From IMG/VR virus record IMGVR_UViG_3300027689_000001, positions 1-64,000 of that record: a DNA stretch of 64,000 nucleotides, one strand, 5' to 3'. The notes beneath the pieces were generated by a model. That model saw only the letters and a list, made by a program, of their open reading frames with translations, was not told where the DNA came from and did no database searches. This DNA is from a virus (lineage: Duplodnaviria > Caudoviricetes). Positions within the stretch are counted from its first letter, which is position 1. Each line of letters begins with the position of its first letter. Below, one piece after another: positions 1 to 10,900 of this stretch. Position numbers and translations under genes: made by a program.

Positions 1-3000
1 ATTAACAACAGATGTGTTATTTGTAGTATTAGAAACGTTTGTAGTATTATTAACTGTAGTAAACGTATTGTTTACTGTGGTATTCTGAATAACCCCAACT
101 GCTCTTTCGCCAATACGATTTGCAGTAGTATTGTTTTCAGTTACAGAACGAGAATCACTTACAGTATTAAACGCGACATTTGCTTCTCTTGTAGAAACAA
201 CAGTTCCTTGAACAACTTGCGAGAGACCATTGGCAGAGAAAGAATTTGTTGCAGAAGTTGTGACGAATGGAGATCTGTTAAACGGATCATCACAAACTCT
301 AAAATTCTTAGTTCCTGTTCTAAACGTACCAGCGGGAATTCTAAACTGAATTGCAAGTTCGCCGTTAGCATCAGTAACTAGTGAATCGCCATAATCACCT
401 GTGCCATTAGTAATAGCATACTGAGAATATTCTGCAGGATCAGTTGGAGATGCAGTTAAAGCAGCACTTGATAGTGGGCGACAATGTGCTGTAACATCAA
501 TACCGTCGAAGAATGGATAAATTCTGGTTGCAGGTTTCATTCTCGAGCACTTAACAGTAACTGTAACGCTTCTCATATATGGAATGATAGAAGCATTTGT
601 TACACGATCACCAAGATCTCTTGTGATGGTTTCAGGTGTGACAGTCATAGTCACACCTTGACGAGTTTGGCGCTGTGTAGTGGTAGTAGTTGAAATCTGT
701 ATTTGCTCTTGGAATAACGTATCACCAGACACACGAGTCTGTCCACCAGTATTGGTTGTGGCAGTGGAGGATGAACGACCAGTTACGATGTCCTGCCAAT
801 CATTCCACTGAGTTCCCCAAGAATTTGCCATAGCAGCAAAGTTGTCGTAGTTACCGTCGAAGTTTACAGCAAGATCAGGACTTTGTGCAGTATCAGTCCA
901 GTTATCAACTGGAGGATCAAGAGTCATATCACCAACATAGGAGAATAAAAGATCTCCCACACAGTTTCTTGCCTTAGAAGCAAATGTATTCTGAGTAAGA
1001 ACAGTATAGTTATATGGAAGTGTTAGTAGGTCACCCGTTTTCTGCACACCAATAGAATTTGTCGAATCAAAGATTAAATCGACATTCTCAATATTAAAGA
1101 ATGGGCGAAGTTCTTGATTGATTGCATCAATCGAGCAACTGTAGTTGAGATCCTTTGGATTACCTACATTATGACCCGTAAACGCATCTACCAGAATACC
1201 ATGCTTAAATCTGTTCAGAGTGTCATCAGCAGCACTAGGAATGAACAGCGACTCAGTTGACTTTTCGAGAAGAGTCAAAGAAGTGTAGTATTCTAAACGA
1301 GTAATACGTTGCGCAATTGCACCGATATCGCGCATTGTATAACGACGATTATCAAGAGTGCGGAAAGTTACACCATATTCATTGCGTCCAGTTGACTTTG
1401 CAACATTGGGAGCGAGTGATGGGAATGGCGGAATTGTAACAATGGCAATGCACATTGCGTTTTCTGGAGTAAGTGGTTCAACTGGAGTCAGTGATGGAGT
1501 TCCGTTCACGGCACTAAACACACCATTATCATCCAATACGATCTTATCTATACGACCAACATAATACTCATAATTAATATTGATTTCTTGCTCTGGTCTA
1601 GGAATAGTAAGACCGAACGAGGCAGGATCAATCGTAGTAGAAGTTGCTGGATTGACTGGAACTGTAGCAATATTAGCAAAAGTAACAGGTACGATCGAAT
1701 CAGTAATTCTTACTCTGAAGTCCAGCGTATCGCGAAGATCATACGACTCACCAGTTGTGGGTGAGTTATAGATCGGAATCTCGTATGTTTTTATAAACGG
1801 ACCATCGATCTCATCTTCGTCTATTTGATATGAGTCGACTGCGAAGTAACCAGCATTTGATGATGCTTCAGTGTGTGTAAAGTAACTGATCTTAGCAACT
1901 AGATTAAATCCAGCGAGAGAAGCAGCACCATTGACTGCATTAAGTTTACCAAGTTCGTATGTGTTATCACGTTGACCATTATCCAGAATATATTGTGACT
2001 TAATATCTGTGCCAGTTGTTACGATATCTGAGTACGATGCTGCTGATACTGGTGCTCTATAAACAGCATCAACAGAGAAGATGTCTGCAACACCAAGATT
2101 TAATGAGGTTCCGCCACCTACCTTAAAGAAGTATTGAGCATTGTTGCCTGTACCTGTTAGATTGACTGCACTACCACCTGACGTTGCTGATACTCTAAAG
2201 GCATTGGCAGTTAGTCCAGCAGAAATAACATAATACGTAGTACCGCTCGTTAATCCCGTAATACTTGTTCCACCACCATTGTAATATACTACAGCATCAC
2301 CAGAAGAATATCCGTGGGCAGTATATGTGAATGTTTCAGTAGAAACATCTACTGCAGAAGTTAGAATTTTATGAGACAAATCAAAGGCAACATATCTCGC
2401 TCTGTTCAGAGTTTTAACAAGAGGTGCCGCAAGGTTTACTTCAACCGTAGCATAGATGGTAACAGTATCGGTAAATACAGAAGAAGAACTATCTTCCAAA
2501 GCAGTAAAACTGATAATTTGAGCAGAAGCATCTAGTGCATCAACTGTGCCTGTTGTCAGATCTATAATTTCACCATCAGTGTCTTTTACCATCAACAGAT
2601 TGTTGTTGATATACGACTCAATCGCATCATTTTCATTTTGTATAAAGAACTCATTACCCGAAAGAGTAATGCTACCAGCGCCTCCAGAAATAGAAATACC
2701 TTCATATACCTTGGTATAATATAGAGATGTTTCGTAACTACCAAACTCTGCATCGACACCAGGAGCAGCAGGTTTGATTGTCTTAGTAGCACGCGATGGC
2801 ATTCTGTAGAGAAGTTTATTATATTGTGATGAATTCAATACAGATTCAAAAACGTCAGCATAACCATCATTGCCACCATCTTTTGCATAATACAATCCAG
2901 CAACATCAGAGAAATTTCCTGCAGTCATTTGAACATCATAGACATAGATATTATATTTTGCAGCAACAGAACCAACCGCTCCGTCTACGTATTCAATGTG

Positions 3001-4770
3001 ACGAACACGAGCACTACCATCTACGCTGTTATCGAAGAAGTACTGAGAATCGTTACCTGTTCCTGTAAGATTAATAACTGTTTCAGTTGTATATGTTAGA
3101 CCAGTTAGAGTACCTGCCGTAGTTACGATCGCGACATCAGCTTCGGTTGTTAGAGTAAATCCAGTAACATTTGGTGAGGTGCCAGTTACGGCAGAGACTT
3201 TATAAACAGTACCTGTTGCGTAACTAGTAATAGTACCAGTTCCACCAAGTGTACCAGTAATAGTAATACGATCAGCAACAGCTAGTGTTGAGTTGCCACA
3301 AGTAAACTGACCAGCAGTACCAGAAGTAGCAACAGTCGCTGCAAGAGTGCCAGATGTTGTTGCTGCCTTAACTTTAAATGCGTTAGCAGTTAAACCAGCA
3401 GTAGCAACGTAATATGTAGTGCCACTTGTTAATCCTGCAGCACTTGTGCCGCCGCTGTTGGAATATACTACAGCATCACCAGAAGAATATCCATGAGAAG
3501 TGTAAGTAAATGTATCAGTAGAAGTATTTACTCCCGACACAGGAATTTTGGTACCATTACGCAGAGAAATCTTAGAACCATCTAGTGGCAAATAACCCTT
3601 ATAATCGGTCACAACAACATAGTTACCATAAGCAGAACTGATGGGAACACTATAATTTTTTACAGTGTCGATACCCTTTTCAGTGAAGGCATATTCTGTC
3701 TGGCGAGTTTCATACTCATAACCGCGAACATATGCCTTACCCGCTTCAAGTCCAACTGCCAGAAGAAACTCATCACCACCAAGTTCCGTAGTATAAAGAC
3801 CATTGTTTGTAGTATCATCAAGGTGTTCACGAACCAGAACAGGGAATGACTTTACTGTATAGTTACCCGATTCGTCATATGTTCTGCGTGCTAGATTTTC
3901 GCCAAGTTTAGCATAGATGTCAGAAGTATGTGTTCTATTAAGTCCACCAGCAACAACTGTTGCAACTTCATAATATCCATCTGGAATTACATCGGGAGTT
4001 TCAACGAAAATCAGATCTGTTGAAACATAATATCTGTCTGCTCCTGGAGCAGCAAAGTTATATGTACCTTGTGCTGGATCGAGCAGAGTTTCATCATCAC
4101 CAGAGTCTGTAATTTGCTCATCTGCACCAACGCATATACTACCTGTTGGATTGTATGTATACTTTGAAAGATAAATTGTCTGTGAAGTATGGAGAATAAA
4201 TTTGCCATCGATATAAAGAATACCGTCACCAAGAGTCATACGAGTAGCACGACCCCAATAGTTATTTGTCAATACGTCAGTGTCAACTTCAAGTGCTTGA
4301 ACAGTAAATTCATCACCATCAAGAGATGCAGTATTTGACACAACTGTTAGAGTCTCTGCACCAATGAAGTGAACAGTATTTGTGCTACCATCACCGCTGG
4401 TATATCTTAGATAAAGAGTTCCTGGATCTGTTGCTGTTGCTGCAATTGCGTCTACGATTACCGCTGTAAGACCGTTGCTACCCTCGACTGTAGCACCGAT
4501 ATATGATGGAAGAGACGCATTTCCAGCAGCATTTGCATCAATCTTTACATATGATAATTCATTATCGATCTGAACGTCGCAACCCGAAACGATCGCGCCA
4601 TTTTTGAAAATGTGGTCACCAAACTTGTTGACCTGATTCTGAAGGATAGACTGCAGTTGCGTAAGTTCGCGTGCCTGAACCGCATATCCAGGTTTGAAGA
4701 GAATTCTATGAAACTTTTTAGATTCATTAAAGTCGTCATAATACGGAGATGTATTTAAGTCGAGTGCCAT
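1..4770 (-). CDS. Large virion structural protein, DUF4815/VrlC-like (C-terminus lies beyond the window start)
   Basis: Absent from the ORF track because its stop is outside the window. ATG at 4770 reads MALDLNTSPYYDDFNESKKFHRILFKPGYAVQARELTQLQ. RYTMRDIGAIAQRITRLEYYTSL and NRFKHGILVDAFTGH lie at ~1160-1350. The frame was spot-checked and is still open at position 1. Confidence 0.85.
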   Translation of the reverse strand, partial: MALDLNTSPYYDDFNESKKFHRILFKPGYAVQARELTQLQSILQNQVNKFGDHIFKNGAIVSGCDVQIDNELSYVKIDANAAGNASLPSYIGATVEGSNGLTAVIVDAIAATATDPGTLYLRYTSGDGSTNTVHFIGAETLTVVSNTASLDGDEFTVQALEVDTDVLTNNYWGRATRMTLGDGILYIDGKFILHTSQTIYLSKYTYNPTGSICVGADEQITDSGDDETLLDPAQGTYNFAAPGADRYYVSTDLIFVETPDVIPDGYYEVATVVAGGLNRTHTSDIYAKLGENLARRTYDESGNYTVKSFPVLVREHLDDTTNNGLYTTELGGDEFLLAVGLEAGKAYVRGYEYETRQTEYAFTEKGIDTVKNYSVPISSAYGNYVVVTDYKGYLPLDGSKISLRNGTKIPVSGVNTSTDTFTYTSHGYSSGDAVVYSNSGGTSAAGLTSGTTYYVATAGLTANAFKVKAATTSGTLAATVATSGTAGQFTCGNSTLAVADRITITGTLGGTGTITSYATGTVYKVSAVTGTSPNVTGFTLTTEADVAIVTTAGTLTGLTYTTETVINLTGTGNDSQYFFDNSVDGSARVRHIEYVDGAVGSVAAKYNIYVYDVQMTAGNFSDVAGLYYAKDGGNDGYADVFESVLNSSQYNKLLYRMPSRATKTIKPAAPGVDAEFGSYETSLYYTKVYEGISISGGAGSITLSGNEFFIQNENDAIESYINNNLLMVKDTDGEIIDLTTGTVDALDASAQIISFTALEDSSSSVFTDTVTIYATVEVNLAAPLVKTLNRARYVAFDLSHKILTSAVDVSTETFTYTAHGYSSGDAVVYYNGGGTSITGLTSGTTYYVISAGLTANAFRVSATSGGSAVNLTGTGNNAQYFFKVGGGTSLNLGVADIFSVDAVYRAPVSAASYSDIVTTGTDIKSQYILDNGQRDNTYELGKLNAVNGAASLAGFNLVAKISYFTHTEASSNAGYFAVDSYQIDEDEIDGPFIKTYEIPIYNSPTTGESYDLRDTLDFRVRITDSIVPVTFANIATVPVNPATSTTIDPASFGLTIPRPEQEININYEYYVGRIDKIVLDDNGVFSAVNGTPSLTPVEPLTPENAMCIAIVTIPPFPSLAPNVAKSTGRNEYGVTFRTLDNRRYTMRDIGAIAQRITRLEYYTSLTLLEKSTESLFIPSAADDTLNRFKHGILVDAFTGHNVGNPKDLNYSCSIDAINQELRPFFNIENVDLIFDSTNSIGVQKTGDLLTLPYNYTVLTQNTFASKARNCVGDLLFSYVGDMTLDPPVDNWTDTAQSPDLAVNFDGNYDNFAAMANSWGTQWNDWQDIVTGRSSSTATTNTGGQTRVSGDTLFQEQIQISTTTTTQRQTRQGVTMTVTPETITRDLGDRVTNASIIPYMRSVTVTVKCSRMKPATRIYPFFDGIDVTAHCRPLSSAALTASPTDPAEYSQYAITNGTGDYGDSLVTDANGELAIQFRIPAGTFRTGTKNFRVCDDPFNRSPFVTTSATNSFSANGLSQVVQGTVVSTREANVAFNTVSDSRSVTENNTTANRIGERAVGVIQNTTVNNTFTTVNNTTNVSNTTNNTSVVN
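3090..3345 (-). repeat. Copy of the ~80-aa Thr/Gly-rich module in the DUF4815 gene
   Basis: Translates TLAATVATSGTAGQFTCGNSTLAVADRITITGTLGGTGTITSYATGTVYKVSAVTGTSPNVTGFTLTTEADVAIVTTAGTLTGLTY, the same module as in gp8 and gp7. Boundaries approximate. Confidence 0.9.
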
Positions 4771-4785
4771 ATTTTCCTACTTCTT

Positions 4786-7512
4786 TTAAAAATTGATCAA
4801 CGCTCTGATTTTTTCAACTTGATCAGATGTTCTAATGATTTTAATTCTGTTGTCTAGATATATGATATCACCAGTTCTATTGTCAACTTCTGGTTCCAAA
4901 TAATCAACCATATCAGGGACTAACACGGTACCAATATTAAACTCAACAGGAGATCCTAATGATACTTCTTGCGTCTCATTAGTTAAAATGCTACTGCTAG
5001 AAATTCTTGGTATAATAGGTAACAAGTGAATTCTATCCACTACGCCATTATTATTACTGTCCTCTTTCTGAACAACAATAAATTTTCCACCATCATCACT
5101 CGTAATTACATCATCATAATCTACCAAGGCAAGATTATTTATTGCGATAACATAACAACAATTACCAGTATTTGAAGTAAAGTTATCAGAAGAACCGAAA
5201 ATTCTAGGATTCTTAATAACACCCAATTGGCGGAAATCGTTATTCAAGAAAGTATCAGAGGTTTCGTTTGCGAGAGAAACCGTCAATGATAGACTCTTAG
5301 CAAACAACTCTTTCTGTGGGTTGGAACCATGTCCACCATACGGTGAAAGAACTGCTCGGAAAGAAGCGCCATTACCTGGAGATCCCTCTGCAGCATTAAC
5401 AACAGAGATTTCTGCAAAACTATAACCAGATCCTGGATTTGTTATGGTGACAGCAGTAACGACGCCATCAGTTAATGTCAGTGTTGCTTCTGCATCTTGC
5501 CCATCACCAACAATAGAGATCGACGCATCACCTGTGATATAACTGTTACCACCAGTGAGAATTACGATTCTATCTATGGTTCCAGGAGTCGCTGCTGCTT
5601 CAACGTTTTCTTGTGGAGTTCCACCTTCAGTGAATCCAAGAACAGCAGATGCTGTTGCGGTTTCATTGATTACTTTTGTATAGGTTAAACCAGTCAGAGT
5701 ACCAGCAGTAGTTACGATTGCAGCACCCGCAGAAGTTTGAAGGGTAAATCCTGTGACGTTTGGTGAGGTACCAGTTATAGCAGAAACTTTATATGTGGTT
5801 CCTGATGTGTATCCAGTAATAGTGCCTGTACCTCCACGTGTACCAGTAATTAAAATGTGACTGCCAACTGTTAGTGTTGAGTTGCCGCAAGTAAACTGAC
5901 CACCAGTCCCGCTTGTTGCAACAGTAGCAGTTATAGTGCCAGGAACAGGAACGAAACTAACATTCGCAAACGAAAATCCAGATCCAGGTTCGTTTACTGT
6001 AACTGAGTCTACCTCGGAAGCAGATGCACCCGTTCCCAAAACAGCAGTCGCTCTAGCACCAGCATACCCAGTCCCACCATCGGTTACTGTGATTCCTGTA
6101 ATTACACCACTAGAGATAACTGGCGTAGCAGTGGCACCAGAACCCGCACCACCCAAAAGGGATACCGTAGTTCCTTCGAATGTAAGTGTATGTGAACTGC
6201 CAGTACCAAGAGAAGTTAGATCAATCGCAGAATTATCAGACGTATATGTCAACCCAGTCGGTGTTCCTGCTGTTGTTACAATAGCAACATCAGCCTCAGT
6301 TTGCAGTGTAAAGGCAGTAACGTTTGGTGATGTACCAGTTACAGCAGAAACTTTATAAACAGTATTAGTTGCATAACCAGTAATAGTGCCTGTACCGCCT
6401 AATGTGCCAGTAATTGTAAGACGATCACCAACTGCTAGAGTTGTAGCAGCACAAGAAAAAGCGCCAGCAGTATTAGTAATTGCAACACCAGCAATATTTT
6501 CATATGATCTAGTAAGTTTAATTGTATTCGCACCTTGATAAATCACATAATAGGGTCTATTATTCGTTAGACCACCAATAGAAGTTCCGCCACCATTTGA
6601 ATATGTCACGAGATCCAAATTAGTAAACCCATGGGCAGTTATGGTAAACGTATCACTTCCAACTGAAACTGCAGCAGAAGAAGATCCATTAAAAGTTTTA
6701 GAAACTTGAGATCTATAACCCGTTCCACCATTTGTTACGATAATTGAAGAAACAATATCGACACCAGAACCATTTGTTGTGCACTGAGAGAACGCAGAGG
6801 CATCTTGACCAGTTGTACTGTCGATAATTACCGATGGAGAAGTTTTACCATCACCTTGAATTACCACATAAGGTGCAGTTGAATACCCAGATCCGCCAGA
6901 CGTAACAGAAATATTATCTATGAACCCGTTCACATCAAACTGCGGTTCACCAAGACCTGCCATTTTACGAACAGGAATGTGTGTTGGAGTCAAAAACTTG
7001 GTGACATCACCTGTTTCGACCCTAAACATAAATTTCCAAATATACCCGTCTGATGTTTCAATCGTATTAGTATCTGTTCCTGTTGGTTTTACTGTACTTT
7101 CAGAATCTTCACCATTGCTGATACATTTGTATACGTTGAAATCATCGGTGATAACATAAAATATCGCAGTGTTTAGTGTAGTTCCCCCCGAGTATGGTTC
7201 GATTAAATCATCGTTAGCATCCGTTTCACCATATGCATCATCATATTGATCGTATACTGTACCCAACGTCCAGTTATATCTTGGTGCCATTAAGACCGCA
7301 TCACTTGCCTGTATTCTTTTGACAAACAAAGTGTTTCTATGGGACGTGTTTGAGTATGACACAGAGTCAATTGGTTGCTCTGGATCTTCTTCGTCCGCCC
7401 ATTCGAGAGTTCGGGAGACAAAAAAATAGTAGTAGTCGTTCTCGTTATAGATGTCACGATAAACGCTTCTTGCTATTTCTTGTCTTCCCTGTGATCTTAA
7501 AATAAGTGGCAT
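4786..7512 (-). CDS. gp8: Baseplate wedge protein gp8-like, expanded by inserted domains
   Basis: RYNWTLGTVYDQYDD, FYVITDDFNVYKCISN, DGYIWKFMF, NDFRQLGVIKNP, C-terminal GDIIYLDNR..QVEKIRALINF; synteny with gp7/gp6. Confidence 0.85.
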   Translation of the reverse strand: MPLILRSQGRQEIARSVYRDIYNENDYYYFFVSRTLEWADEEDPEQPIDSVSYSNTSHRNTLFVKRIQASDAVLMAPRYNWTLGTVYDQYDDAYGETDANDDLIEPYSGGTTLNTAIFYVITDDFNVYKCISNGEDSESTVKPTGTDTNTIETSDGYIWKFMFRVETGDVTKFLTPTHIPVRKMAGLGEPQFDVNGFIDNISVTSGGSGYSTAPYVVIQGDGKTSPSVIIDSTTGQDASAFSQCTTNGSGVDIVSSIIVTNGGTGYRSQVSKTFNGSSSAAVSVGSDTFTITAHGFTNLDLVTYSNGGGTSIGGLTNNRPYYVIYQGANTIKLTRSYENIAGVAITNTAGAFSCAATTLAVGDRLTITGTLGGTGTITGYATNTVYKVSAVTGTSPNVTAFTLQTEADVAIVTTAGTPTGLTYTSDNSAIDLTSLGTGSSHTLTFEGTTVSLLGGAGSGATATPVISSGVITGITVTDGGTGYAGARATAVLGTGASASEVDSVTVNEPGSGFSFANVSFVPVPGTITATVATSGTGGQFTCGNSTLTVGSHILITGTRGGTGTITGYTSGTTYKVSAITGTSPNVTGFTLQTSAGAAIVTTAGTLTGLTYTKVINETATASAVLGFTEGGTPQENVEAAATPGTIDRIVILTGGNSYITGDASISIVGDGQDAEATLTLTDGVVTAVTITNPGSGYSFAEISVVNAAEGSPGNGASFRAVLSPYGGHGSNPQKELFAKSLSLTVSLANETSDTFLNNDFRQLGVIKNPRIFGSSDNFTSNTGNCCYVIAINNLALVDYDDVITSDDGGKFIVVQKEDSNNNGVVDRIHLLPIIPRISSSSILTNETQEVSLGSPVEFNIGTVLVPDMVDYLEPEVDNRTGDIIYLDNRIKIIRTSDQVEKIRALINF
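5680..6490 (-). repeat. Two copies of the ~80-aa module in gp8 (~5680-5935 and ~6243-6490)
   Basis: Both copies are visible in the translation; 5759-5852 is identical (94 nt) to 11695-11788 in gp7. Confidence 0.9.
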
Positions 7513-7518
7513 GTTATC

Positions 7519-7968
7519 TTACGATACTGTAACCGTCCAAGTGATTGTCATGCTGTCTGACGCACCCTTGTTGATGACAGCAAATTCAGTGCGGCAAAGC
7601 ATTGTTCCACTGGTAAGAGCATTGAAGATACCTGCTTCAGTTACAGCACCAGTACCTGAACCAGCATCAAACGTTGCAACATATGCAACAGAATTTGTTG
7701 TTACTGTTGTTGAAGTCAGAGCAATACGTGCACCAAGAGCACTTCCTAGAGCAGTATCACCTGCTGCTGGGTCTACTGTACCTGAACCAACACCCATGTG
7801 TGTCATAGCAGTAGCAGTAGCATCCTTCATACGCGATGCGATATAGTTAAGACCAGTAGTAACAACGAGGTTAGGAACAGTTACTTCTTGCTTAACATTA
7901 CCTGCTTCATCGCGAAGAACAATATGTAGTTCGCCCTTAGTACCTTTTACGTTTTCGATTAGTTTCAT
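7519..7968 (-). CDS. Small virion/tail-associated structural protein
   Basis: NLVVTTG..ASR, GAVTEAGIFNA, INKGASDSMTITWTVTVS pattern typical of phage tail-associated proteins; lies in the baseplate operon. Confidence 0.6.
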   Translation of the reverse strand: MKLIENVKGTKGELHIVLRDEAGNVKQEVTVPNLVVTTGLNYIASRMKDATATAMTHMGVGSGTVDPAAGDTALGSALGARIALTSTTVTTNSVAYVATFDAGSGTGAVTEAGIFNALTSGTMLCRTEFAVINKGASDSMTITWTVTVS

Positions 7969-7988
7969 TTGATTTACCTTCTTCTTAG

Positions 7989-10900
7989 TTAAAAATAAGT
8001 TGCTTGACCCACAAAGTCCGAACCGAATGCACCTTCAACATAATCTTGTATGTTTACAATACCACTTTCAGTGACAGTTACTGTTTCGAATAGTCCTTTG
8101 AGTATATTTATAAGCGATTGTTCAGTTGCCGCAATAGATTCTATTGTTTCAGCATCATTTGCGACGATTAATAATTCAGTGGCACCTGCATTGTCAGTTT
8201 TAACCAGATATGGAATTACACCGACTAAATCAGTTGATGTTACAGAATCATTTAAATATTTATATAGATGATTGGTCGAATTTTCCGCTGCTGTCACCAC
8301 TTCTGCTTGGGGTTTTTCGATACCAGCATTGGCATATTCATTAGATATTACGGATTCTGTAAACGTTCTATAATACTCTACGGTTCTACCAAACGATTCG
8401 GTTGCAATAACAGCATCTTCACCTGCTATATGTTCGAATGTAGTTCCTCCGACGGAAACATAATAACCAAATGGCATTCCAAACCCAGAAACAATAGTAA
8501 TAACACCCTCACTATTGATACTAATAGTCATAGTATAAACACCACCACCGCTAGTTATATCAAAGGTGGTGCCATAAAGTGCACTGGCGTTATCAAACGG
8601 AGTAACATAAGAAGGTGTTATTACTTTCGAAACTGCAAATACATTTGCTTCAGAAGCCGTTGCTGCATCAGCAAGAACCTTTGCGAAATCAACTTCAATC
8701 GTTTCTTCAGGATCCCACGCAAATTCCACACCACTATAGTCTGGCACCGCCCAGAAATCTCTAGTAACCCAAACTGGATCCTCTACAAGAGTTTTACCGA
8801 AACCAACCACTGTGGTTTCTGAGGTGTAGAATGCTTCATTAAACACTCTGACATATTGCACAACACGGGCGAACGAATCGACCATAGAAGTAGTATCATC
8901 TGCAGGATTATAGATACCAACGTCAAATAATAGTTCTGTTGCATCAGATAGAGTTACAGAATCACTTAGAACCTTATATACGTGAGAGGTTGTAACATCA
9001 GATTTAGTAACAGTATCGGTAAGAACTTTATAGAAGTGAACAGATCTAGTTGTATCGTTAAGCACTATGACATCAATAAACAATTCATTGAGTACCAGAA
9101 TTTCGAGAACACCAATGTAATCAACCATATCGATTGTCTGGGTGATCAGCAATTCACCAAACACTGCCATACCAGCAGGGTGAACTGTTTTATTAATCAG
9201 AGGCAACCATGTATTCGAGGTCACACCAGACTTAATCACATACGAGTAGTTCTGATAATAAAGATTGTCTTGTAGTTTGTTGATGTTAGACAACATACCA
9301 CGAGAATCTTTAAATCTTCCTGTCTTAACAAGAACAGCACCAGTCGTAAAGGCAAGAACTGCTTCACATCCATTCGGAGATGTAATAGTTGCCTCGAATT
9401 CTTCTTGCTCGAAGTCGAAACCAGTATTGAAGATGGTAACAGCAGTAACGCATCCTGTTTCGTCAATCGAGGAAATTCTGACCGACGCTCTGTTATCACG
9501 ACCAACGAGTGTATATGATGGATCAAAAAATGGTTCGTCTACACCATCGTTAAATCTACCAGCATCGTATGTTCCATAATCGGTAGGATTAGCAGCGATA
9601 GCACTAATCAATCCTCCCGAAACCGCCGACATAGGTGGATCGATTACATATGGTCCGACTGTGCTTTGTTCGTCGATTTGATAGATCTGTCCAACTCTAA
9701 AACCACAGTCTCCGTCAACACCTTCGCCTTCACAGGAAACAACTTCTACTGTAGACAATTGACGAATTACAAAACCGTAAACTGTTGTAGAATTTGTTGA
9801 TAGAAAAATTTTAGTTCTAACGGAATCCGTAGAAAAGATTACTTGAATATCTTCTTGGTTTTCAACATATCCTGAACCACCTTCGACAACAGTAATACTA
9901 GAAACAGAACCATCTACAATATTCGCACGAAGAACTGCTCCAAGACCAACAGTAGAGTTTGGGTCTAGAGTAATTACTGGTGCTGCAAAATATCCTGATC
10001 CGCCATCAGTAACAGGAGCATACAATATGTGACTTCCTGAACCAACAACAGTAAGATCAACTGCTGTGCCAAGTGTAGCATTTCCTGCGCTCGCAGCAAG
10101 TTTGATTGTATTAACATCAACTGCTATAACGAAGTATGTATCGTAATTGGTAAGACCAGTTACAATTGTTCCGCCATCTTTATCATAAATAACCACATCA
10201 CCTGTAGAATACCCATGAGAAGAGATCTTAATAGTATTGTTGGTTAAGTCTATACCCGTTGCAGTCGCATATGTTAGACCTGTTAACTTACCAGCAGTAG
10301 TTATAACGGGAACATTAGATTGCGTGGTTAGAGTAAATCCAGTAACGTTTGGTGATGTACCAGTTACAGAAGAAACTCTATATGTGGTTCCTGTTGTGTA
10401 TCCATTAATAGTGCCTGTGGTTGTATATGTAAGACCTGTTAACTTACCAGTAGCAGTTACGATCGCGGCATTAGATTGAGTAGTTAGAGTAAATCCAGTA
10501 ACATTCGGCGAGGTCCCAGTTACAGCAGAAACTTTATATGTTGTTCCTGATTCGTATCCAGTAATCGTGCCTGTGGTAACATAAGTTAGACCAGTTAGAG
10601 TACCAGCAGTAGTTACAATTGCAGCATTAGCTTCGGTTGTTAACGTGAATCCAGTAACATTCGGCGAGGTCCCAGTTACAGCAGAAACTCTATATTTGGT
10701 TCCTGTTGTATATCCAGTAATAGTTCCTGTACCTGCACGAGTACCAGTGATCGTTACGCGATCGCCAACTGCTAGGGTTGAGTTGCCGCAAGTAAACTGA
10801 CCAGCAGTACCAGAAGTAGCAACAGTTGCTGCTAGAGTTCCAACCGTAGGTGTACCAGCGATAGTCATAAGATCACCAACTGCTAGAGTTGATGCACCAC

